Assembly: GCF_000142905.1 (NCBI RefSeq)
Contig: NW_013657662.1
Coordinates: forward strand, 310,001-374,000
DNA from: Thecamonas trahens ATCC 50062
Taxonomy: Eukaryota; Protista; Apusomonadida
DNA: 64,000 nucleotides
Direction of reading: 5' to 3'
In this document: positions 20,447 to 29,003 of the stretch, piece by piece
Numbering within the stretch: position 1 is the first letter of the stretch
Layout of the letters: every line of letters begins with the position of its first letter
Made by a program: the position numbers and the translations under genes
The notes under the pieces: generated by a model
What the model was told of the DNA's origin: nothing
What the model saw: only the letters and a program-made list of their open reading frames with translations
Database searches by the model: none

Positions 20447-20654
20447 ATCGCCATGTTGTGGCATCGCCATGTTGTGCCATCGCCATGTTGTGGTATCGCC
20501 ATGTTGTGGCATCGCCATGTTGTGGTATCGCCATGTTGTGGCATCGCCATGTTATGGCATCGCCATGTTGTGGCATCGCCATGTTGTGGCATCGCCATGT
20601 TGTGGCATCGCCATGTTGTGGCATCGCCATGTTGTGGTATCGCCATGTTGTCGC
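20447..20654. repeat. 16-nt minisatellite ATCGCCATGTTGTGGC x13
   Basis: Thirteen head-to-tail units with single-base variants and no spacers. Confidence 0.97.
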
Positions 20655-20864
20655 ATCCCCATCGCTGCACCGCTGCATCGCTGCATCCCCACACACACAC
20701 ACATATCACTGCATCCCCCCCCCCTTCCCCTCCCCCCTCTCCCCTCATCGCAGCTTCGATGGCTTCGCCGGCTTCGCCACTTGCTTCCATTCTTTCGATG
20801 AGCTCAGAGCGGCCACGCGAGCCCACATCTCACTCACACTCACCTCGACACTGCAGACAGTCAT

Positions 20865-21920
20865 ATGGCAAGTAGACAAGCACCAACGACAGAGACGGAT
20901 GTGGGAGTGATGGAAGAAGTGGCAGCCGTGGCAACGGAAGCGGTGGATGAGACCGGAGCGGGTGCGGACGATGGCGAGCTGCCGGATCCGGGCGTGGCCG
21001 TTCGACGCGAATGGGAGGCAATCCAGATGGAGCTGAAGAATAAGCTTATTGCGCAGGATGCAGACTTGCCATTTACTATGGAATGGGACGGCGTGCCGGA
21101 TGATGTGGCTGAGGCTGTGGCAGATGCTGATGTTGCTCTGGCCGCATCTTGGCCGTTGCCTACGAACGACGGCAAGGCTGTGATGCCCGAGCCCGAGGCC
21201 ATGGCTGCTGCAGGGACCGTCATCCGTGGCCGGGCCATCCGGATCGGTGCTGCTGACGACATCGGTCTGCCTGAGAGCGTGAATCGGATTGCTGGCGTCG
21301 ACATCTCGTTTGTCAAGGGCGATGCGGTGCGGGCGGCGGCGTCGCTGGTTGTCCTCAGCTACCCGGCGCTCGACGTGGTCTACACCGACATCTGGCCGGT
21401 CGAGCTCGATCAGCCGTACATTCCGGGCTTTCTCGCTTTTCGCGAAGTGGGTTTCTTTGTGGAGGCTTTTGAGCGGCTGCGTGCGACCGCGCCCGAGCTT
21501 GTGCCAGACGTGGTGCTGGTCGACGGCAATGGTGTACTCCACCGCCGCGGCTTTGGCCTCGCCTCGCATCTCGGCGTCCTCATCGACGTTCCGACAATCG
21601 GCATCGGCAAGTCGTTCTACCATGTCGACGGCGTGTCTCAAGAAGACATTGTTGCCACCTCGCGCGAGGTTCTGACCGCCGCTGGCGACGCGCTGCTAGT
21701 GGTTGGCGAGAGCGGGCGTGTGTGGGGCGCAGCGTTCCGGGCCTCCGAATCGCGCAAGGCACTGTACGTCTCATCAGGCCACCGCGTCGGCCTGCTTAGT
21801 GCGCTGCGCATTGTGCGCGCCTGCGCACGGTACCGCATTCCGGAGCCGGTGCGACAGGCCGACCTGCTGTCACGCGACTACGTCCGCGACGTCATGCTCG
21901 GCGATCAAGCTAGCGCCTGA
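20865..21920 (+). CDS. ENDOV: Endonuclease V (inosine-specific nuclease)
   Basis: IAGVDISF, PYIPGFLAFRE, LVDGNGVLHRRGFGLASHLG, YVSSGH and YRIPEPVRQADL. Confidence 0.95.
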   Translation: MASRQAPTTETDVGVMEEVAAVATEAVDETGAGADDGELPDPGVAVRREWEAIQMELKNKLIAQDADLPFTMEWDGVPDDVAEAVADADVALAASWPLPTNDGKAVMPEPEAMAAAGTVIRGRAIRIGAADDIGLPESVNRIAGVDISFVKGDAVRAAASLVVLSYPALDVVYTDIWPVELDQPYIPGFLAFREVGFFVEAFERLRATAPELVPDVVLVDGNGVLHRRGFGLASHLGVLIDVPTIGIGKSFYHVDGVSQEDIVATSREVLTAAGDALLVVGESGRVWGAAFRASESRKALYVSSGHRVGLLSALRIVRACARYRIPEPVRQADLLSRDYVRDVMLGDQASA

Positions 21921-21922
21921 GC

Positions 21923-23215
21923 CTAACTCGGCTCGCTCGCGGTCGAAGCCGGCCGATGTCGCCACACGCGCTTGCCCTGGGCTTGCGCCTTGGCCCGCGA
22001 GTAGTTGGCCGAGTACGCCGCAAGAAAAGCGGCGCCGGCAGCCAGCCACAGGCCCCAGATCCAGGCCGGGACAAGGACGTCGAGGTGGGCAAAGTACACA
22101 AGGCCAAACTTGAAGGCAATGGCGGTCTCCGCGAGCATGCAGGCGAGAGCAACCCACGCCTGGGTTCCGAGCTTCTTGCAATGCGGATCCGTGATGTACT
22201 GGTAGTACTCGCGGAGGGTGGGCGCGCCAAAGGCGACCCAGAGTCCGAGCCGGAGCAGGTTGAGCCAGTTGGACGACGGGACCCAGAGGACGGCCTTGAG
22301 CAAAAAGGCGTTGAGCTCGACAACGGTGATGCCGGCAATGAGGATGGCAATGGCGCCGAGGCGGCGGTACGAAGAAAACATCTTCCACTCGACCGTCGTC
22401 CACGACTGCGGCGTAAACTGGAGGGCAGCGCGCCGAACCTTGCCACGGACCGACTCGATGGCGCGGAAGCCGACCCAGTTGTACTCCTTCATCTCAAAGT
22501 AGCCGCCGAGATAAAGCCCGAGCATCATGCCGCCGCCGTTGCACACCAGGATGTCCATGATGAGCTGATCCCACCAACACTCGCCGAAGTTGGGCAGCAT
22601 GGTGACAAGCGAGAGCTCGACGAGCTCCCACAGGACCGAGAGGGTGATGCAGATGGCAATGTTGCGGATCATGAGGGCCTTGACAAACCATCCCGCAAAG
22701 TGAGCAACCACAAAGATGTCCCACAGCTTGGGCGAGACGTTGGCCCAGGAGAGCGAGCAGTCGGTGGCGTACAGCGGGAGCTCGAGCTTGCTTCCCAGCG
22801 ACGGATCAAGCAGGGTGAGCAGTCCGCGAGCCGATGCCACCGGAAGAAAGAAGACAAAGACCAGAGCCACCAGATAAGCCAGCGAGAGAGCAAGGACGAC
22901 TCGCCAGACGGCCGGATGCGGGCGGGTGAAGAGGCCATCAGGGAACTGGAGGAGGGCGTAGAGGAGATAGACGCTAAACGCTGCGCCACCAGCTGTCCAA
23001 GCCGCCCGTACAGGCATATCATCAACAGAGACCTTTGTAGCCGTGCCATCAGCCGGCGATGTCTGCCACAGACCAGCAGCCAGGAGCACAATCATGCCCA
23101 TCAGCAGCAACGAGACCGTGTGGGGCTTGTAGAAGACAGCCAGCTCGGTCGCCTTGTACGTGTGCCCATTCCACGTCACCGTATCGCCAAGCCTCGCCTT
23201 GCCACTAACTGCCAT
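21923..23215 (-). CDS. PTDSS: Phosphatidylserine synthase, base-exchange type (start uncertain)
   Basis: FYKPHTV, FTRPHPAVWR, DIFVVAHFAGW, LPNFGECWWDQLIMDILVCNGGG and ELNAFLLK. Confidence 0.93.
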   Translation of the reverse strand: MAVSGKARLGDTVTWNGHTYKATELAVFYKPHTVSLLLMGMIVLLAAGLWQTSPADGTATKVSVDDMPVRAAWTAGGAAFSVYLLYALLQFPDGLFTRPHPAVWRVVLALSLAYLVALVFVFFLPVASARGLLTLLDPSLGSKLELPLYATDCSLSWANVSPKLWDIFVVAHFAGWFVKALMIRNIAICITLSVLWELVELSLVTMLPNFGECWWDQLIMDILVCNGGGMMLGLYLGGYFEMKEYNWVGFRAIESVRGKVRRAALQFTPQSWTTVEWKMFSSYRRLGAIAILIAGITVVELNAFLLKAVLWVPSSNWLNLLRLGLWVAFGAPTLREYYQYITDPHCKKLGTQAWVALACMLAETAIAFKFGLVYFAHLDVLVPAWIWGLWLAAGAAFLAAYSANYSRAKAQAQGKRVWRHRPASTASEPS

Positions 23216-23582
23216 CCTTGTGCCTAGGGAGAGGGGGGGGGGGGGGGAGGGGAGGTATGTAGTAGTACTTGTGCCTGTACCTAGCCCAGGTGCAGTGGAG
23301 TGCAGGTCCAGGTCGGAGGCGGTGGTCGGAGGTAGGTTGGCGGCTGGCCTTGGCGGCGGCGTGTCGCTTCGCCGAGTCCCACTCGGCCGATGGCTGCACT
23401 GCGTGTCGCGGCGGCAGGCCGCACAAGGCTGGACTGATCCGACTACTTTTGCTGCTGGTACAGCTCGACTGCTGGGGGAAGCTCCACTTTGCTGGATCGC
23501 TGTCTGGTTGATCTTGCCAAGCCATGTCCGACGAGGAACGGCTATCGGTGCGGTTGGCCGGACCGGGCCGGGCCCGGGCCGG

Positions 23583-25322
23583 CTACGGATGGGCAGGCCG
23601 ACGGAGGAAGGTGTCTTGAAGAAAAGCGTGGGTGGCCGAGAGGTCGACATTCATGGCGATGGAGACGAGCTCGTCCATGTCATCGACCGAGTCGAGCGGG
23701 ATCTGCCGTGGGAGGAGCGGATCGAGTCGGTGGTACCGCTCGCCCATTGTCAGCCGCATGAGGTAGTCGGTGAGGAGCCGGTCGCCATCCATGGCAAGAT
23801 CTAGGAGGTGCGGTGCCCACTGGCGGATGCCAAAGTCGGTGTCCTCTTCCTCCTCAAACGAGAGGTTGATGTTGAAGACGCCGGCGCCGAGAGAGAGTAC
23901 CACCGTGTTGTCCATCGTGACGTGCGGGTAGAGCGAGACGACCCGAGCCACGGCAGCCTGTGCTGGATTGTTGATGCACACACCGCCATCGACAAAGTAC
24001 GTGTCGCGGAGGTATGAGTCAGAGCGGAACGGCGGAAAGTAGGTCGGCGCCGCAGAAGTCATCATGGCCACGTCCATGGCCGACATCTTGTTGTCCGGCC
24101 CGACCGCCGTCGAGACGGCGCCAGTATGCTCGGCCGGGCCCGAGTATGCCGGCAAGTTAGAGAAGAGCGCCGGCCGCCAGGTTGGCGACGGGAAGATCGA
24201 CCGGGCTTCGGCATCGTCCGAGTGCCCGGTCCGTCCATCCAGCCGGAACGCCGGCACCATGACGTGCTTGCCGAGCTCACCAAGCTTGACGCTTCCAACG
24301 TAGTCCTTGAACGCATTGTACTTGACCTTGTCCGAGTACTTGGCCGAGAACGGCGAGAACCGGCGGATCGGGTCCGACCTGAAGATCGACGGGCAGTGCG
24401 CCTCGTAAATGGCCGCTACCTGCGCAGGCGAGTACCCGCACGCCAGCATGATAGCAATGATGCCGCCGGTAGAGCAGCCCGCAATGAGATCAACATCCTG
24501 CAGTAGCAGCGGGTGCTTTGCCAGCAGCCGGTGGAGGACGACAGCAGTGAGGATGCCGCGGATGCCACCTCCGTCGAGCGAGAGGATGCGGAACTTGGGC
24601 GGCGGGGCAACTGGATCGGTCGACGGCAGCTGGGCCGTCTTGTGCCACGGGATCTCCCACCCGAGACTGTCTTCAACCTGCGATGCGACGCCAGCGGGCC
24701 GTTGGGCCTGCGGCAGCGGCGCCGGCGGCTTGTTCGACCGCTGCGACCGCCGCCGCTGCTCTAGCAGCTTGGCCCATGGCAGGACGCGAAAGTTGAGGTA
24801 GACCCGGCCCATAGCCTGGGTCTCCGGCCCGAGCCAGAACCAGGTTGAGAGCCACTCGAGGCCAGAGTTGCCTTGCTGACGCTGGATGTCGCGAACAATG
24901 CGCGCGAGCGGGACGTCTGCCACGCCAAGCACGGTGTGCTTCGACGAAAGGCTCGAGTGATCGAAGACCCGAACGCGGAGCGATGCCTCCTCATCGAGCG
25001 GAAACACAAACCGCTCGCCATACACCGGCGAGTTGTCGTGATCCTTGACGTGCTTGGTCACCACGGCCTTCTCCAGTGGGTTGCGCTTACGCTTGATGCG
25101 CGCGGGAGTCTCTGGCGGGTTGACGGCGGCCTCGGCGCCGCTGGTCTCGACTCCGTCTCCGGCACCAACATCGGCATCCGCTACAGGCTCGGCCTCTCGC
25201 GGCGGGCTTGTCAGAGCCAGCTGGACATAGGGATGGATGTGGGAGAAGGTCATGCCCATCAGCGATGTTGCCGGCGGCGCCCGGAGCTCACGGCAACCGA
25301 CGACTTCGACCTCAAGGGCCAT
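23583..25322 (-). CDS. C2-domain plus patatin-like phospholipase (start uncertain)
   Basis: C2 (LEVEVVGCREL, PYVQL, PVYGERFVF, VRVFDH) and patatin motifs ILSLDGGGIRG, GCSTG, SAAPTYF and DGG. Confidence 0.9.
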   Translation of the reverse strand: MALEVEVVGCRELRAPPATSLMGMTFSHIHPYVQLALTSPPREAEPVADADVGAGDGVETSGAEAAVNPPETPARIKRKRNPLEKAVVTKHVKDHDNSPVYGERFVFPLDEEASLRVRVFDHSSLSSKHTVLGVADVPLARIVRDIQRQQGNSGLEWLSTWFWLGPETQAMGRVYLNFRVLPWAKLLEQRRRSQRSNKPPAPLPQAQRPAGVASQVEDSLGWEIPWHKTAQLPSTDPVAPPPKFRILSLDGGGIRGILTAVVLHRLLAKHPLLLQDVDLIAGCSTGGIIAIMLACGYSPAQVAAIYEAHCPSIFRSDPIRRFSPFSAKYSDKVKYNAFKDYVGSVKLGELGKHVMVPAFRLDGRTGHSDDAEARSIFPSPTWRPALFSNLPAYSGPAEHTGAVSTAVGPDNKMSAMDVAMMTSAAPTYFPPFRSDSYLRDTYFVDGGVCINNPAQAAVARVVSLYPHVTMDNTVVLSLGAGVFNINLSFEEEEDTDFGIRQWAPHLLDLAMDGDRLLTDYLMRLTMGERYHRLDPLLPRQIPLDSVDDMDELVSIAMNVDLSATHAFLQDTFLRRPAHP

Positions 25323-26008
25323 GGCGCGGGCTTCGAGAGCATCAAAATGAAACGGCGTGTCTGGAGCCGAGCTGACGCTTGACTTGCTTCCTGCCCTTCG
25401 CACCAGCATGTGCAGTCGTCCTCCCCATCCCACAATCCGTCCCACTCGGCGGAACATCGTCAGCTTCCGTTTGAGTCGCTCTCGCTGTCGGCGCCAAAAT
25501 GTGGGCGACAGGTGGCAGACGATGCCGACCAGGTGAGGGCGTCGATGAGGGAGACCGTTCCAAGGGCATCGCTGACCATCACTCATCGAAAGACAGTGGG
25601 GAGTTGGTGGTGGGTGTTCTGGTGGGTGATGAGAGGCTAGGATGGTGGTGCTGATCCCTGGTGTAGATGCCGTTGAGGAAAGGGACGGAGGAGGTTATCA
25701 GAGCGGTGATCAGTCACGTGGCCAGAGAGAGAGGGAGAGCGAGAACGGGCGAGATGTCCTCATCGGATGACCACCACCACTCCCCCATCACTCCCCTCCT
25801 CCACCACCCATCATCTACCACCATCGCCCACTTTCTTCCCATCGCCTACCCTTTCATCGCCCTCTCCTCATCACCCCCCCCCCATTCCCTCCTGCCTGCC
25901 TGCGCCGGCCCATTCGGCCGCTGGCGACGGCAACGCCATTGCCATCGGCGAGCGAGACCAAGGCCACTCAGCTTCGGCTCATCGAGCTCGAGTCAAGAGC
26001 CATTGAAC

Positions 26009-27136
26009 ATGTCTGTCTTTGCGCTTGACGCCTTTGACGAGGACAACGACGCCGGTTCGCCTCTCAATCGAGCTCGGACGGCTGGGGCTGTGGGTGCTAA
26101 AGTGGTGCTCCTTGGCGAGTGCCGGAGTGGGAAGACGTGCCTGGCCCGGGCTCTTCTGGGCGAGGTGCCTGGCGCTGCTGGCGGCGGAGGTTTGGGCATG
26201 GTCGACGGTGGTCTTGACGCTACGGGTGGGGCTGGTGGGGCTTGTTCCGGCCCTGGAGGAGGAGGCGTTGCTGGCGGCGGGATTGGCGCCAGCGCCTGTC
26301 CCAGTGGCGCCGTCGGCGGGAGTGCGTCTGGCCTTCCGGGCGATGCTGCTGGGCCGTATGTGACGACGGTGGGCGTGGAGGTGACGCCAGCTACGGTCAT
26401 GGTGGCGCCACGACGGGCATCGACTCCGCTGCTGGGGCTCACGCTGTGGGATGTGACCGGAAACGATGCCTTTGCGCCATCGCGTGAGGCCTTCTACCGC
26501 GACGCGCACGTCCTCGTCCTTGTCTTTGACATGACCAACCGCGCCTCGTTTGCCGCTCTTGGTGACTGGCTCGACGAGGCGTACCTATTTATCAGCACGT
26601 GTGCCGTCCTAGTTGCCGGAAACAAGTCCGATCTGGCAGTCCGCCGGGTGGTGTCGGCTGACGAGGCCCGCGCCTTTGCGGCGTCGATCGGCGGCCACTA
26701 TGTGGAGACGTGCGCAGCGACCGGTGACAACGTCGCCCGCCTGGTCCGTCACGTGGCCGGGGCGGTACTTGATGTGTGCGGTCTGGCGCCACTGCACTCG
26801 TCCGACACAGCGGTGCTGGTGGCGACGACAACAGCGGGCGCGGGCGCCGTGAGCGGGCGCGGGCCCGGCGCGCTGGCTGCTGGCGATGGAGACGCACTGA
26901 GCGCTTCGCGGCCGGCGTCGCGCGAGAGCGTCCTGACGCCGCCTGGCGACTCTGGCCTCGACTCCCGGCCACTCTCGCGGATTGCGATGTTTTCCGGCCA
27001 GCGGTCGCCGGGAGTGCTGGGCAGCGGCGAGCTGGAGTTTTCGTCCGACGACGAGCTGATGTCGTCTGACGACGGCCAGTATGTGACGGTGGTGCGGCGG
27101 TCTGCCGGCGGAGGTGGAGGATGCATCGTACTTTAG
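26009..27136 (+). CDS. Divergent Rab/RJL-like small GTPase with a Gly-rich insert and CAAX
   Basis: G1 GECRSGKT, G2 TTVGVE, G3 WDVTGN, G4 NKSD, G5 ETCA, and C-terminal CIVL. Confidence 0.85.
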   Translation: MSVFALDAFDEDNDAGSPLNRARTAGAVGAKVVLLGECRSGKTCLARALLGEVPGAAGGGGLGMVDGGLDATGGAGGACSGPGGGGVAGGGIGASACPSGAVGGSASGLPGDAAGPYVTTVGVEVTPATVMVAPRRASTPLLGLTLWDVTGNDAFAPSREAFYRDAHVLVLVFDMTNRASFAALGDWLDEAYLFISTCAVLVAGNKSDLAVRRVVSADEARAFAASIGGHYVETCAATGDNVARLVRHVAGAVLDVCGLAPLHSSDTAVLVATTTAGAGAVSGRGPGALAAGDGDALSASRPASRESVLTPPGDSGLDSRPLSRIAMFSGQRSPGVLGSGELEFSSDDELMSSDDGQYVTVVRRSAGGGGGCIVL

Positions 27137-27156
27137 TGGATTGACGGGCGTCGTCG

Positions 27157-28299
27157 TCAGGGTGACGACGGCGTGTCAGCGCGCGAGGTGACGGGCGACG
27201 GCTCGTCGCGGTCGTCGGCGGCACTGAGGCTGAGATCGCTGTCGGCGAGGCGGAAGACTGTCCGCTGCTGGTTGAGGATGGTGGTGTAGAACGGCGGGAG
27301 GGGTTCGTGGAGAATGCCAGCTGGGATGAGAGCCTTGAGGCCGTTGACGACCGACGGCCCGTCGAGCGAGACGCGGGCCACAAACGGAAGGACCGGCACG
27401 TCGTTGGCGTTGAGCGGCAGGGCCGAGACGTCCCACGATGAGTTGACGTGAAAGATGAGCTGCTCGACGTCGGGCGCGTCGTCGGGGCCGAGGGTCGCGT
27501 CGGCCTTGCGCGCCCGGGCGGCAAGCGCGGGCGCATCCTCGACCACCGCGTCCGGAAGCGGCGCACCGAGTGCGACCGGCGCTGCATGCATGCGGGTCCG
27601 CGGCAGCGCCAGCGGATTGGGCACGCCGGCGGTGTGTGCGCGGCAGACGCCGAGTCCTGCAGCATCGAGTGTGAGCTTGATGATCGACTCGAGGTTGGCG
27701 CCGCGGACCGGGACCTGCTCGATAGCGTCGGCAGCAAAGGCGTGCATCAGCGCCTGCATGATGTACTCACGGTAGGCGACCTTGACCTCGGAAGCAAAGA
27801 GGTGCGAGGTGTGCGGGCGCCACATGATGAACATGGTCTGCGAGCGCGGCGGTAGGACACGCGGGGCGTCGACACCCTCATAGATGCCGATGAAGATCCA
27901 CACGTCGCCGTCGGCCGCCTGCTCCACGTGGACGTAGTTGTTGAAAAAGACCGAGAGCTCCTTGGTCAAGACAGCCTTGAGAGCATCAACCTCGGCTGAC
28001 GGGGCGAGGGCGCCGGCCCGTGCCGCCAGGTGGTAGGCACCCCACTTGGGCGCCGCACCGGTCCGAGCCTTGGAATACAGGCGACGCAGCGAGAGCGAGG
28101 CGTACTGCCTGTATGTCATGCGGTGCTCCAGATGACCAGTGGTAAGCAGGTCAATAAGAGCAGGGCGCGAGGGCCATGACGCTGGCTCCTCGGCAACCAG
28201 ACCCCAGTCCAGAAAGACGCCCACAAGGTCACCCTTGCTCAGCCGCGACACCACCCGCCGCACAAGTTTCCGCTCTGTACATGCCAACTCCTCGTCCAT
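27157..28299 (-). CDS. CENPN: Centromere protein N (Chl4/Mis15 family)
   Basis: N-terminal RRVVSRLSKGDLVGVFLDW, VWIFIGI, and C-terminal GPSVVNGLKALIPAGILHEPLPP match recalled CENP-N blocks. Confidence 0.8.
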   Translation of the reverse strand: MDEELACTERKLVRRVVSRLSKGDLVGVFLDWGLVAEEPASWPSRPALIDLLTTGHLEHRMTYRQYASLSLRRLYSKARTGAAPKWGAYHLAARAGALAPSAEVDALKAVLTKELSVFFNNYVHVEQAADGDVWIFIGIYEGVDAPRVLPPRSQTMFIMWRPHTSHLFASEVKVAYREYIMQALMHAFAADAIEQVPVRGANLESIIKLTLDAAGLGVCRAHTAGVPNPLALPRTRMHAAPVALGAPLPDAVVEDAPALAARARKADATLGPDDAPDVEQLIFHVNSSWDVSALPLNANDVPVLPFVARVSLDGPSVVNGLKALIPAGILHEPLPPFYTTILNQQRTVFRLADSDLSLSAADDRDEPSPVTSRADTPSSP

Positions 28300-28437
28300 A
28301 TCGTCCAACCACAAGGCAAAACACACACGCACCCACCCACACCCAAGTCTGGTGATGGGTCGTAAAGTGGTGGTCGGCTGGCTGGCTGGGGAGGGGGGGG
28401 GGGGGGGAGGGCGACGACGTCGTCCGGTCCGGTCCGT

Positions 28438-28607
28438 NNNNNNNNNNNNNNNNNNNNNNNNNNNNNNNNNNNNNNNNNNNNNNNNNNNNNNNNNNNNNNN
28501 NNNNNNNNNNNNNNNNNNNNNNNNNNNNNNNNNNNNNNNNNNNNNNNNNNNNNNNNNNNNNNNNNNNNNNNNNNNNNNNNNNNNNNNNNNNNNNNNNNNN
28601 NNNNNNN
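28438..28607. other. Assembly gap (170 N)
   Basis: Run of N. Confidence 1.
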
Positions 28608-28689
28608 CCAGGTTACCACACCTTCCCGCTCAAGCTCAAGCCCAAGCCTAAGCCCCACTCCCCCTTCCCTTCCCTTCCCCTGCCCCTTC

Positions 28690-28704
28690 CACACACACAC
28701 ACAC

Positions 28705-28748
<44 letters not shown>
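28690..28748. repeat. (CA)n microsatellite
   Basis: Seen directly. Confidence 0.95.
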
Positions 28749-28750
<2 letters not shown>

Positions 28751-29003
28751 CAGATGCAAGCAAACACAGTATCGACCGCAAAGAGAGCATGGATTCGCCT
28801 GTTGTTTCTCGTACAAGATCCTCGTCACCTCTATCAAGTGGCCATGACCATGAACGGGTGAGAAGAAGAATGGGCACAAAAAAGAATTTGGTTGACACAC
28901 ATACACCCAACTCCCCCCCCCCCCCACCCAGCCACACACCCACACACACACACACACGTACTCCCACCAATAATAACCACACAAAGGGGGGGAAGGGCAC
29001 TCA

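Noticed and set aside
20447-20654. CRISPR array
   Set aside because: The 16-nt units are contiguous with no unique spacers, there are no cas genes, and the context is eukaryotic.
20286-20702. N-terminal extension of ASPH and the overlapping Cys/His-rich ORFs
   Set aside because: These are translations of the minisatellite. The signal-peptide start at 20285 is more plausible.
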